Source of the DNA: Bacilli bacterium
GTDB lineage: Bacteria > Bacillota_I > Bacilli_A > RFN20 > DUOF01
Assembly (NCBI GenBank): GCA_017517765.1
Contig: JAFWYE010000010.1
Span: forward strand, 2,432-66,431
Length of the DNA stretch: 64,000 nucleotides
Direction: 5' to 3'
The notes below the pieces were generated by a model. It saw only the letters and a program-made list of their open reading frames with translations, had not been told where the DNA came from and searched no databases. Below, piece by piece: positions 40,621 through 49,274 of the stretch (positions are counted from its first letter, which is position 1; every line of letters starts with the position of its first letter). A program made the position numbers and the translations under genes.

Positions 40621-42306
40621 ATGGCTACTGATATAATTAAGAAATTTTGGGATAAATTAAGCCGTAGGCATGATAATCTTGGCAGAGATGATTCTTTTTA
40701 CGCACTTTTTTCTAATGGCTTTGATAGAGCTAAGATTAAGCTAGATCATATCACTAGAGTTGTAGTTAGAGAGTATGATGAAGAAACATTAAAGAAAATA
40801 GAAGATGGATTAGTAGCCATAGACACAATTGTAAGAAATCCTAAGCAATTCCTGAAGGTTGATGATGAAATCATCCCAGTAGAACTTGCTAAAAAAGTAA
40901 ATCAAGATTCTATTAAACATTTATCTAGCCATTCTCATCTTATTAATAGAGTTGAAGATGATGGAATGGTTATGCCAACTAGAATTCTTACTGGATTAAA
41001 AGATGACACTATTAATTTGTATGAGAACAGATTTGTTAGATCTCTTATTATTAACTTAGTTACTTTCTTTGATAGAAGATTTAGTGAGTTTTTAGATGAT
41101 GTAGATTTTTCATCTATGACTAAATTAGATAATAAAACTGCTTTTGTAGTAAGAAATTCTCAAATTAATTTAGATTTGCAAATGACTATTGTTACAGATA
41201 ACTTCAATAGAGATGACATTATTCAACTTGATGACTTATTTAGAAGAGTTGCTTGGATTAAGCATACTCTAGCTAAGTTATATGACTCTGATTTTATGAA
41301 GAGGCTTAATGGAGAAAAATTGGTAGTAGGTGAAATAAAAAGAACTAATACTATTAAAGGACACCCTCAATACAATATTTGCTATCATTTATGGAATCAC
41401 ATCATGAACTATCAAGGCATGGTTTTAGATTTTAGGGTAGAAGAAATTCCTATTGTTTTAAGCGATAAATATAAAAAGAAAATGAATAAGGCTTTCATGT
41501 ATCTTCATGGGGCAATTGATGCAGCTCAAAAAGATAATGAAAAATATGTTGAAGCATTAAATAAATCTTTAAATCTTAATATTAAACAGGGTAAAGTTAA
41601 GCTTATCAAGGATACTATTGATAGAAGCCAAGTTGAAGTTGTTAAAGAGGAACTTGATAAAACTATCTTTAAACCCGAACAACAAAAAGCTCTTGATAAA
41701 CTTTATGCAGAAAAAGAAAAACTTGAAACTCAACTTTCAGAGATGAAAGAAAGACATAGAGAAAAAGAAAGAGAAAATAGGGAAATGGAAGCTAATAAGA
41801 AAGAGTTCATTATCCTTAAAGAAAGAGAAATTAAAGATTTATTGAGAATGAAGCAATATGCCAAGGATAGTGCTGTTGTTAGAGCAAGAGATAAGAAAGA
41901 AAAAGAAATCGCTGCTCAAGAAGCTAAAAAAGTTGCGATTGTTAGAAATAAGAAATATGATGTTGTTTCTAAACTTGTTTCTTGGGAAGATAAGAAGAAA
42001 ATTAGTGAAAGAAGTATTGAGAAAGCTAATGGAAGTAAAGTTCTTCTTAATAGAGAAATTAAAGCTGGTATTAGAGTGGAAGAAAATACAGCTGAATTAA
42101 AGAAGATTGAGGCAGATATTATTCAATGGAATAAAACTATTGAAATGGCTAAGAAAAAGCGTGTTATTTTAGAGCAAGAAGAAGAGAGACTACAAGCTCA
42201 AATTGATAAAATTAATGCTTCTAATAAAGCTAGAAGAGAGAAACGTAGAGCAATATTGAAAGAAAAGAATAATCGTTTGATGTCTCAATATGAAGATTTA
42301 AAATAG
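40621..42306 (+). CDS. Cluster gene D: McrC/DUF2357-like N-terminal domain fused to a roughly 220-aa Lys/Glu-rich coiled coil (561 aa)
   Basis: It sits immediately downstream of the McrB-like gene. The LYENRFVRSLIINLVTF motif (41020-41040) resembles the xENRF[VIL] motif of DUF2357/McrC-like partners. No clear PD-(D/E)xK motif is visible. aa 335-561 carry a heptad-like K/E/R-rich sequence. Confidence 0.55.
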   Translation: MATDIIKKFWDKLSRRHDNLGRDDSFYALFSNGFDRAKIKLDHITRVVVREYDEETLKKIEDGLVAIDTIVRNPKQFLKVDDEIIPVELAKKVNQDSIKHLSSHSHLINRVEDDGMVMPTRILTGLKDDTINLYENRFVRSLIINLVTFFDRRFSEFLDDVDFSSMTKLDNKTAFVVRNSQINLDLQMTIVTDNFNRDDIIQLDDLFRRVAWIKHTLAKLYDSDFMKRLNGEKLVVGEIKRTNTIKGHPQYNICYHLWNHIMNYQGMVLDFRVEEIPIVLSDKYKKKMNKAFMYLHGAIDAAQKDNEKYVEALNKSLNLNIKQGKVKLIKDTIDRSQVEVVKEELDKTIFKPEQQKALDKLYAEKEKLETQLSEMKERHREKERENREMEANKKEFIILKEREIKDLLRMKQYAKDSAVVRARDKKEKEIAAQEAKKVAIVRNKKYDVVSKLVSWEDKKKISERSIEKANGSKVLLNREIKAGIRVEENTAELKKIEADIIQWNKTIEMAKKKRVILEQEEERLQAQIDKINASNKARREKRRAILKEKNNRLMSQYEDLK

Positions 42307-42314
42307 GTGATTAT

Positions 42315-43037
42315 ATGCAAGAGTATTTTGCGATTAATAAAATAAATGAAAAATTTATCTTGTCTGAACAAGATAATTTTCATATTGAAAGAGTTTTAAG
42401 AATGAAAAATGGTGATCATATAATAGTCACTTATGAATCTAAAAAATATGATTGTATTATTGATTTTAAAAACGGATTAAATGTTACGTATTTTTGTGAG
42501 TTAGAAGTTTCTAATGAGTTAGAATGTGAGGTTACTTTAATATATGGATTGCCAAAAAAAGATAAATTTGAAATGGTAGTACAAAAAAGTTGTGAACTAG
42601 GTGTTACTTCTATTGTCCCTTTTTTAGCTAAAAGAAGTATTCCTGTACTTGATGATAAAAATACAAATAAGAAGTTAGAAAGATGGAATATGATTGCTAA
42701 AGAAGCATGCGAACAATCAAAAAGAAATGAACTAGTTAAAGTTGTTCAACCAGTGAAATTAAAAGATCTATTAAACTATAAAAGTGAACTTAATTTGATT
42801 GCATATGAAGATTTAAATTGTGTTGGTAGTAGTCATTTATATTCACTTCTTGGAAATAATCCTAAAAGTATTACAATAGTTGTTGGACCTGAGGGTGGAT
42901 TTGATAAAGGTGAAGTAGATTTCTTAAGTGAAAATGGATTTATTTCTGTATCTTTAGGAAAAAGAATACTAAGAAGTGAAACTGCACCTTTATATATGCT
43001 TAGTGTCATTGGATTTATGAATGAGAGGAATAAGTAG
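42315..43037 (+). CDS. rsmE: 16S rRNA (uracil1498-N3)-methyltransferase
   Basis: RsmE layout with a C-terminal GPEGGF...E......G...VSLG.RILR.ETA. Confidence 0.85.
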   Translation: MQEYFAINKINEKFILSEQDNFHIERVLRMKNGDHIIVTYESKKYDCIIDFKNGLNVTYFCELEVSNELECEVTLIYGLPKKDKFEMVVQKSCELGVTSIVPFLAKRSIPVLDDKNTNKKLERWNMIAKEACEQSKRNELVKVVQPVKLKDLLNYKSELNLIAYEDLNCVGSSHLYSLLGNNPKSITIVVGPEGGFDKGEVDFLSENGFISVSLGKRILRSETAPLYMLSVIGFMNERNK

Positions 43038-44351
43038 ATGAAAAGTTTCTTAACTGTAAATTTAGGATGTAAAGTTAATGCATATGAGTGTGATGCTATT
43101 GCTAATATTTTAGAAGATAATGGATATATACTAGATGAGAATAATCCTGATCTTATAGTCATTAACACTTGTAGTGTTACTGCTACAAGCGATAGTAAAT
43201 CTAGGCAAAAAATACGAAGAATAATAAAGGAAAACCCAAATTCAATTATTTGTGTTATGGGATGTTATAGTCAAATTGCTCCAGAAGAAGTAAGTGCAAT
43301 CGAGGGAGTTAGTATTGTTATAGGTACTAGATATAGAGACAGAATTTTAGAATATGCACTTGAATTTGAAAAGAATAAAAAGCAAATTATTAAAATTGAT
43401 AATGCTAGAGAAAATAGTGAGTATGAAAACTTAACTGTATATAATTTTTATGATAATACTAGAGCATACTTAAAAATTCAGGATGGTTGTAATAATTTTT
43501 GTAGTTATTGCATAATTCCCTATACTAGAGGGTTAGTGAGAAGTAAGCCTAGAGAAACGGTATTAAAGGAAGCTCAAATATTAGCAGATAAAGGATACAA
43601 GGAACTTGTATTAACTGGTATTCATACGGGTGGATATGGGTTGGATTTTGAAAATTATAGATTTTATGATTTATTAAAAGACTTAATTAATGATGTGAAA
43701 GGAATTAAAAGGATCAGAATTTCTTCGATTGAAATTAATGAGCTTACAAATGAGGTTATAGAACTTATTAAATCTAATAATATTATTGTTAATCATATAC
43801 ATATTCCTATTCAATCTGGTTGTGATAAAACCCTAAAAGCAATGAATAGAAAGTATAACCTTGCTCAATTTGAAGAAAGAATAAAAATATTAAAAGACAA
43901 TATTGAAGATTTAAGTATTACTACGGATGTAATTGTAGGTTTTCCAAATGAGAGTGATGAGGATTTTGAAATTACTTATAATACACTTAAAAGAATCGGA
44001 TTCTCTAGACTACATGTATTCCCATTTTCATCTAGAAAAGGAACTGTTGCTAGTAACATGAAGAATCAAATTCATGGAGATATCAAAAAAGAACGCGTAA
44101 ATAGGCTAATTTTGCTTTCTAAGGAGCTAGAGAAGGAATATTACTCTAAGCATCTAAATAAGTCTGTAGAGGTCTTATTTGAGGAAAATAAGGAGGGTTA
44201 TTATAAGGGACTTACCACTAATTATTTGAAAGTTAGAGTTAAGAGCGATGAAAATGTTTCCAAATGCTTTAAACAAGTTAAACTAAATAAGATAATAGAT
44301 GTAGGAATGGACTATGAAATAGAGGGGGAAATTATAGATGAATTATGCTAG
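43038..44351 (+). CDS. mtaB: tRNA threonylcarbamoyladenosine methylthiotransferase MtaB
   Basis: UPF0004 N-terminal domain, radical SAM motif CNNFCSYCIIP, and a TRAM domain. It follows rsmE as in Bacillus (yqeU-yqeV). Confidence 0.85.
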   Translation: MKSFLTVNLGCKVNAYECDAIANILEDNGYILDENNPDLIVINTCSVTATSDSKSRQKIRRIIKENPNSIICVMGCYSQIAPEEVSAIEGVSIVIGTRYRDRILEYALEFEKNKKQIIKIDNARENSEYENLTVYNFYDNTRAYLKIQDGCNNFCSYCIIPYTRGLVRSKPRETVLKEAQILADKGYKELVLTGIHTGGYGLDFENYRFYDLLKDLINDVKGIKRIRISSIEINELTNEVIELIKSNNIIVNHIHIPIQSGCDKTLKAMNRKYNLAQFEERIKILKDNIEDLSITTDVIVGFPNESDEDFEITYNTLKRIGFSRLHVFPFSSRKGTVASNMKNQIHGDIKKERVNRLILLSKELEKEYYSKHLNKSVEVLFEENKEGYYKGLTTNYLKVRVKSDENVSKCFKQVKLNKIIDVGMDYEIEGEIIDELC

Positions 44352-45015
44352 TTTTATAGATCACACTGTTTTGAAAGCAGATACTAAATTAAGTCAGATT
44401 AAAAAGTTATGTAAAGAGGCTATAGAATATAAGTTTTGTAGTGTTTGTGTTAATCCAGTACATGTTAAATCATGTGCTAAATATTTAAGTGACTCAGATG
44501 TTAAGGTTTGTACAGTAATTGGTTTTCCTTTAGGAGCTAATTCTAGTAAAACTAAGCTATTTGAAGCAAAGCAAGCTATAAAAGATGGAGCTAGTGAAAT
44601 AGATGTTGTGATAAATGTAGGTAAGCTTAAGGATAAAAAGTATACTTACGTAGAAAAGGAACTTGCTAATATAGTAAAAATAAGTAAGGGTAAAGCTTTA
44701 GTTAAAGTTATTATTGAAACATGTTTATTGACTCCAGATGAAATAAGAAAAGCTTGCGAAATAGTAGTTGCAAGTGGTGCTGATTTTGTAAAAACATCTA
44801 CAGGATTTAGCAAATATGGCGCTAGAGTAGAAGATGTAGAAATTATGAAAGATACAGTTAAAGATAGAATTCTTATTAAAGCTAGTGGCGGAATTAGTGA
44901 TTTTGAAACTATGAAAGCTATGATTAATGCTGGTGCTAGTCGTATTGGAACTAGTAAAGGAACCATTATTATGGAAGAAATCAAACAAAATTCTACTAAA
45001 GTAGGGGAATTATAA
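44338..45015 (+). CDS. deoC: Deoxyribose-phosphate aldolase
   Basis: IDHTVLKADT, VCTVIGFPLG and FVKTSTGF (Schiff-base Lys). Confidence 0.9.
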   Translation: MNYASFIDHTVLKADTKLSQIKKLCKEAIEYKFCSVCVNPVHVKSCAKYLSDSDVKVCTVIGFPLGANSSKTKLFEAKQAIKDGASEIDVVINVGKLKDKKYTYVEKELANIVKISKGKALVKVIIETCLLTPDEIRKACEIVVASGADFVKTSTGFSKYGARVEDVEIMKDTVKDRILIKASGGISDFETMKAMINAGASRIGTSKGTIIMEEIKQNSTKVGEL

Positions 45016-45094
45016 TAATTTTTATTGATTTTTTCTTCAAACTATATTATTATTTAACAGGATTAGCTAGTGTGCTTCAGGGGGAGGGAAATTG

Positions 45095-45280
45095 ATGGCA
45101 AAGGTAGCAGTACGTGAAAACGAAAATGTAGATGACGCATTAAGACGTTTTAGACGTTCAGTTAACAAAGATGGAACTCTTGCTGCAGCAAAGAAAAAAG
45201 AATGTTACATTCCAAAAGGCTTAAGACGTAAATTAAAGTCTGAAGAAGCAAGAAAAAATTCTAAAAGAAAGAAATATTAA
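45095..45280 (+). CDS. rpsU: 30S ribosomal protein S21
   Basis: [21 protein letters not shown]... Confidence 0.95.
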   Translation: MAKVAVRENENVDDALRRFRRSVNKDGTLAAAKKKECYIPKGLRRKLKSEEARKNSKRKKY

Positions 45281-45286
45281 TAAGTG

Positions 45287-45316
45287 AAAAGTCCTAAAGT
45301 TAGGACTTTTTTCTTT
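45287..45316 (+). terminator. Rho-independent terminator after rpsU
   Basis: Stem aaaagtccta / taggactttt, T-run. Confidence 0.8.
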
Positions 45317-45346
45317 TCTGGTTTATAATAGTTATAGGTGATTTAA

Positions 45347-46612
45347 ATGGAAGATAAATCAAAAGTAGTAATAGTTGGGGCTAATGTTAATGAACAAGAG
45401 TATTTTCTTGAGTCTATGATAGAACTCGCTTCATTATGCGATGCACTTAACTATGAAGTTGTTAATTCGTATTCGCAAAATTTAAAGGAAATTAATAAAA
45501 ATTTCTATATTGGAGAGGGAAAAGCTAAAGAAATTGCTGTTAAGATAAAAGGTAAAGATTTAGATTATGTTGTTTTTAATAATGAACTTTCTCCTTTACA
45601 ATTACAAAATTTAGAGAATGTTTTAAATGTTAAAGTTATAGATAGAACTATGCTTATTTTAGATATTTTTAGTATTAGAGCTAAAACTAAAGAAGCAAAA
45701 TTACAAGTAGAACTAACTATGCTTGAATATATGATGCCTAGAATGCTTACTATTTCTCATGTTGCTGATAAACAACGCGGAGGCAATAAGAATAAGGGAC
45801 TAGGAGAAAAATTATTAAATCTAGATAAAAGAAGAATTACTAATAGAATCTTATCTTTAAAGAAAGAACTACAAGAAATAGAAAAGCAAAAGATAGTTAC
45901 TAGCAAACAAAGAAATAAAAGTGATACTCCTAAAGTTTGTTTGGTTGGATATACAAATGCTGGAAAATCTAGTTTAATGAATACTTTAATTGAAATGTAT
46001 GGTGTAAAAGAAGATAAAAAAGTATTTGAAAAAGATATGCTATTTGCTACTCTTGATACCTCTACTAGAAAAATAGTTATCAATAAAAAAGATATTATTG
46101 TTTCTGATACCGTAGGGTTTGTATCTCTATTACCTCACTCTCTGATTGAGTCATTTAAATCTACTCTAAGTGAACTTAGGAATGCAGATTTATTAATTCA
46201 TGTTATAGATTCTAGTAATCCTAATTATTTAGTAGAGAAAAAAGTTTGTGAAGATACTATTGAGGGAATACTACAAGGGGAAGAGAAGAAAATAATTAAT
46301 GTGTATTCTAAGATAGATTTACCTACTAATAATCTTATTGAAATTGAAGATAATGAGGTGTTTGTCTCTAGTAAAACTAGGGAAGGTATGAATGACCTTG
46401 TAGAACTTATTTTTACCACCTTATATCCAAATATTGTTTACCATAAATTATTTATTCCTTATAATGAAATTAGCGAATATTATAAAATTGATAAATTAAT
46501 ATTCGAAATTATTAAAAATGAGGAAGAGGAAGGTATATATATAGAGGCATATTGCCCTAAGGAATATTTTGGGCATTATGGTAAATATATTATAGAAGAC
46601 TCTGCTATATAA
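45347..46612 (+). CDS. hflX: GTPase HflX
   Basis: HflX N-terminal domain plus VGYTNAGKSSL and DTVGF. Confidence 0.9.
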   Translation: MEDKSKVVIVGANVNEQEYFLESMIELASLCDALNYEVVNSYSQNLKEINKNFYIGEGKAKEIAVKIKGKDLDYVVFNNELSPLQLQNLENVLNVKVIDRTMLILDIFSIRAKTKEAKLQVELTMLEYMMPRMLTISHVADKQRGGNKNKGLGEKLLNLDKRRITNRILSLKKELQEIEKQKIVTSKQRNKSDTPKVCLVGYTNAGKSSLMNTLIEMYGVKEDKKVFEKDMLFATLDTSTRKIVINKKDIIVSDTVGFVSLLPHSLIESFKSTLSELRNADLLIHVIDSSNPNYLVEKKVCEDTIEGILQGEEKKIINVYSKIDLPTNNLIEIEDNEVFVSSKTREGMNDLVELIFTTLYPNIVYHKLFIPYNEISEYYKIDKLIFEIIKNEEEEGIYIEAYCPKEYFGHYGKYIIEDSAI

Positions 46613-46624
46613 GGAGGATAAGAT

Positions 46625-47077
46625 ATGAAGGCTATACTAAAAAACTCAACGTATTTGTCTATGATTATTGGAATACTAATAGCATTTATAACTTGTATTA
46701 CATTTATTTTCATTAAATCTACAGTGTATTTTACAATTGGATTATTGATTAATATAATTTCAAATTTTGCAGTTATTGGATACAACATGATTAAATATGA
46801 TAATGAATCTTCTGGATTTAAGTCATTAACTCAGGCTGGTTATTCTGGAATTACTTTATTTTTTATTATTCTAGATATGTATATTGCATATTGGGTTTGG
46901 GATATGAGTATTTATACAAATGTGATGTATTTAACTAATACAAGAATGTATGTTGTGTTCTATGCAGTGTTTGTACTATCAATGCTACTTATGAATTTAT
47001 ATGCTACTATTAAAGAGAAAGTTGATAGACATAATTCGACAAAAGTGATACAAAAAGATAAAAAAGAGGATTTATAA
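46625..47077 (+). CDS. Hypothetical membrane protein (150 aa, four TM segments)
   Basis: Hydrophobic segments. RBS AAGGAGGA upstream. Confidence 0.55.
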   Translation: MKAILKNSTYLSMIIGILIAFITCITFIFIKSTVYFTIGLLINIISNFAVIGYNMIKYDNESSGFKSLTQAGYSGITLFFIILDMYIAYWVWDMSIYTNVMYLTNTRMYVVFYAVFVLSMLLMNLYATIKEKVDRHNSTKVIQKDKKEDL

Positions 47078-47089
47078 TCCTTTTTTTTA
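47066..47089 (+). terminator. Rho-independent terminator
   Basis: Stem aggatt / aatcct with an 8-T run. Confidence 0.6.
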
Positions 47090-47120
47090 TTTATATGACC
47101 CTTTGCGACATATTTTTTGT

Positions 47121-47149
47121 TTGTAATAGTAGAATGATGCCATTATAAT
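47121..47149 (+). promoter_or_regulatory. Candidate sigma-A promoter of spo0A
   Basis: TTGTAA, 17 nt, TATAAT. The palindrome TTCGCGAA at 47154-47161 and TGCGACA at 47104-47110 are imperfect 0A-box-like sequences. Confidence 0.4.
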
Positions 47150-47174
47150 AGAGTTCGCGAAAGGGGTTGCAATA

Positions 47175-48005
47175 ATGCAAGATAAAATAAATGTAATGGT
47201 GTGCGATGGTAACCAAACTCAAAAAGAAGAGTTAGAGAAAAGAATGAGTAGTATTACAAGCATTAACTATCTAGGGTTTTATAGCGATGGTAAAGAAGTT
47301 GTCGAAGTATTAGAAAATAATAGAGTAGATCTTTTAATTATAGATGTATTATTAACTGGGATTGATGGTTTTGAAATCATAAGAAGAATTAAAAATGATT
47401 ATAATAAATATAATGTAAATAGAATTGTTGTAACTACTGCCATTGTAAATGATAGTATATATTCATTTTTCAATACTTATGGTATTGATCTTATGATTAT
47501 GAAACCATATGATTTAGATTCATTGTTCATGAAGTTAGAGCATTTAACTGCTCATGATTTTACTAATTCTAATAGATGCATTGTAAATAATACTGTTAAT
47601 AGCGATGGCATCACAGAAAATAAATTAATGAATGATGTAACTTACATATTACACGAGATAGGAATTCCTGCTCATATTAAAGGATATAACTATTTAAGAA
47701 GTGCAATTATAGAAATGTTCTTTTCTGAGGGTGGGATGAATGGAAGAATTACTAAAGAGTTATATCCTAATATTGCAAAGAAATATACTTCTACCTCATC
47801 AAGAGTAGAAAGAGCAATTAGACATGCAATAGAAGTTGCATGGAGTAGAGGAAATATTGATGTTATTGATTCAATATTTGGATATACAGTAAGTGCTTAT
47901 AAAGCTAAACCTACTAACTCTGAATTTATTTCAATGATTACTGATAAACTTAAATTATCATATTCGTCTAAAGAGAGTGATAAATACATTAAAGCTATTT
48001 GCTAA
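47175..48005 (+). CDS. spo0A: Sporulation master regulator Spo0A
   Basis: Receiver domain ([18 protein letters not shown]) plus the Spo0A-specific C-terminus [19 protein letters not shown]...[18 protein letters not shown]. Confidence 0.9.
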   Translation: MQDKINVMVCDGNQTQKEELEKRMSSITSINYLGFYSDGKEVVEVLENNRVDLLIIDVLLTGIDGFEIIRRIKNDYNKYNVNRIVVTTAIVNDSIYSFFNTYGIDLMIMKPYDLDSLFMKLEHLTAHDFTNSNRCIVNNTVNSDGITENKLMNDVTYILHEIGIPAHIKGYNYLRSAIIEMFFSEGGMNGRITKELYPNIAKKYTSTSSRVERAIRHAIEVAWSRGNIDVIDSIFGYTVSAYKAKPTNSEFISMITDKLKLSYSSKESDKYIKAIC

Positions 48006-48045
48006 TGTTCTTTAAAAATAAATAATTAAAGAAAATATGTAAATA

Positions 48046-48077
48046 AAGGATATAGGTACGTATATATCCTTTTTTTG
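48046..48077 (+). terminator. Rho-independent terminator after spo0A
   Basis: Stem aaggatata / tatatcctt, T-run. Confidence 0.7.
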
Positions 48078-48092
48078 TTATAATTTAGTTGG

Positions 48093-49274
48093 GTGATTGA
48101 TGTGGGAAGGGTAATAGTTCATATAGATTTAAATGCGTTTTTTGCATCAGTTGAAGAAATTAAAAATCCTTTATTAAAAAATAAGCCTATAGCAGTTGGA
48201 GGAAAAGGTAGAAGGGGAGTAGTATCTACTGCTAACTATGTTGCTAGAAAATATGGAGTACATAGTGCTATGCCAATATCACAGGCATTAAAATTATGTC
48301 CTCAGCTAATTATAGTAGAAGGTAATCATGAAGATTATTATAGGTATTCAAATGAGTTTTTTAAACTTATTAGAAGTTATTTGGGAGACAAAATAGAAGT
48401 TGCATCAATTGATGAATGTTATGTAGATTTTAGTGATTATAAGGCTAAATGTAATGATCCAATACTTCATCTAAAAACTATGCAAAAAGAAGTTAGTGAA
48501 AAATTAGGGTTGGGTTGCTCAGTTGGTGTTTCCTATAACAAATTTTTAGCTAAAATGGCAAGTGATTTAAAAAAACCAATGGGATTTACAGTAATTAGAA
48601 ATAAAGATGTATCATCGCTTATATGGCCTTTACCTATTGCTGATATGTATGGGGTGGGCAAGAAAACAGCTCCTAGATTAATAGAGCTAGGTATTAAAAC
48701 TATTGGTGATTTAGCAAATTATGACGATAGATATACATTAAAGGCGGTTTTAGGAAAAAACTATATATTTTATAAAGAAAATGCAAATGGAATTGATAAT
48801 AGTGAAGTTATATATCAAAAAGTGGATGCTAAATCTATTGGGAACTCCACCACATATGAGAAAGATTTAGAAGATGAAAGTGAGATAAGAATGGCATTAA
48901 AGGCACTTTCAAAAAGTGTGAGTGAGAGTGTTATTAGCCAAAATATGCTTGGTTTTACTGTGTCTATCACTATCAGATACACAGATTTTTATACTATTAC
49001 TAGATCTGTTACTTTAAAAGAGCCTATATGTAATGATGAAGAAATATATATGAAAGCAGTATCCTTATTTGAAAAAAATTATGATAATAGACCTGTAAGA
49101 TTATTAGGGGTTACATTATCCTCATTAAAGGAGAAAAAAGAAGTATTACAACAAATGAGTATCTTCGACTTAAACATTAATAAAAAGACTACTACTGAGA
49201 TTATTAATGATTTAAATAAACTTCTTGAAGGTAATTATTTGATGAAGGCCAGTGAGGTAAAAAAAGATGAATAA
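48093..49274 (+). CDS. dinB: DNA polymerase IV
   Basis: HIDLNAFFASVE, SIDECYVD and the Y-family layout. Confidence 0.9.
   Translation: MIDVGRVIVHIDLNAFFASVEEIKNPLLKNKPIAVGGKGRRGVVSTANYVARKYGVHSAMPISQALKLCPQLIIVEGNHEDYYRYSNEFFKLIRSYLGDKIEVASIDECYVDFSDYKAKCNDPILHLKTMQKEVSEKLGLGCSVGVSYNKFLAKMASDLKKPMGFTVIRNKDVSSLIWPLPIADMYGVGKKTAPRLIELGIKTIGDLANYDDRYTLKAVLGKNYIFYKENANGIDNSEVIYQKVDAKSIGNSTTYEKDLEDESEIRMALKALSKSVSESVISQNMLGFTVSITIRYTDFYTITRSVTLKEPICNDEEIYMKAVSLFEKNYDNRPVRLLGVTLSSLKEKKEVLQQMSIFDLNINKKTTTEIINDLNKLLEGNYLMKASEVKKDE

Noticed and set aside
41858-42100. 80-aa alternative-frame plus-strand ORF inside gene D. Similar cases are 23422-23661 in metG and 35984-36223 in dnaJ.
   Set aside because: It is a frame-shifted reading of purine-rich coiled-coil DNA, yielding a K/L/R-rich product with no start context.
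47104-47161. Spo0A 0A boxes in the spo0A promoter region
   Set aside because: TGCGACA and the palindrome TTCGCGAA each deviate from TGTCGAA/TTCGACA. They are plausible but not strong enough to call as sites, so they are noted only under the promoter feature.
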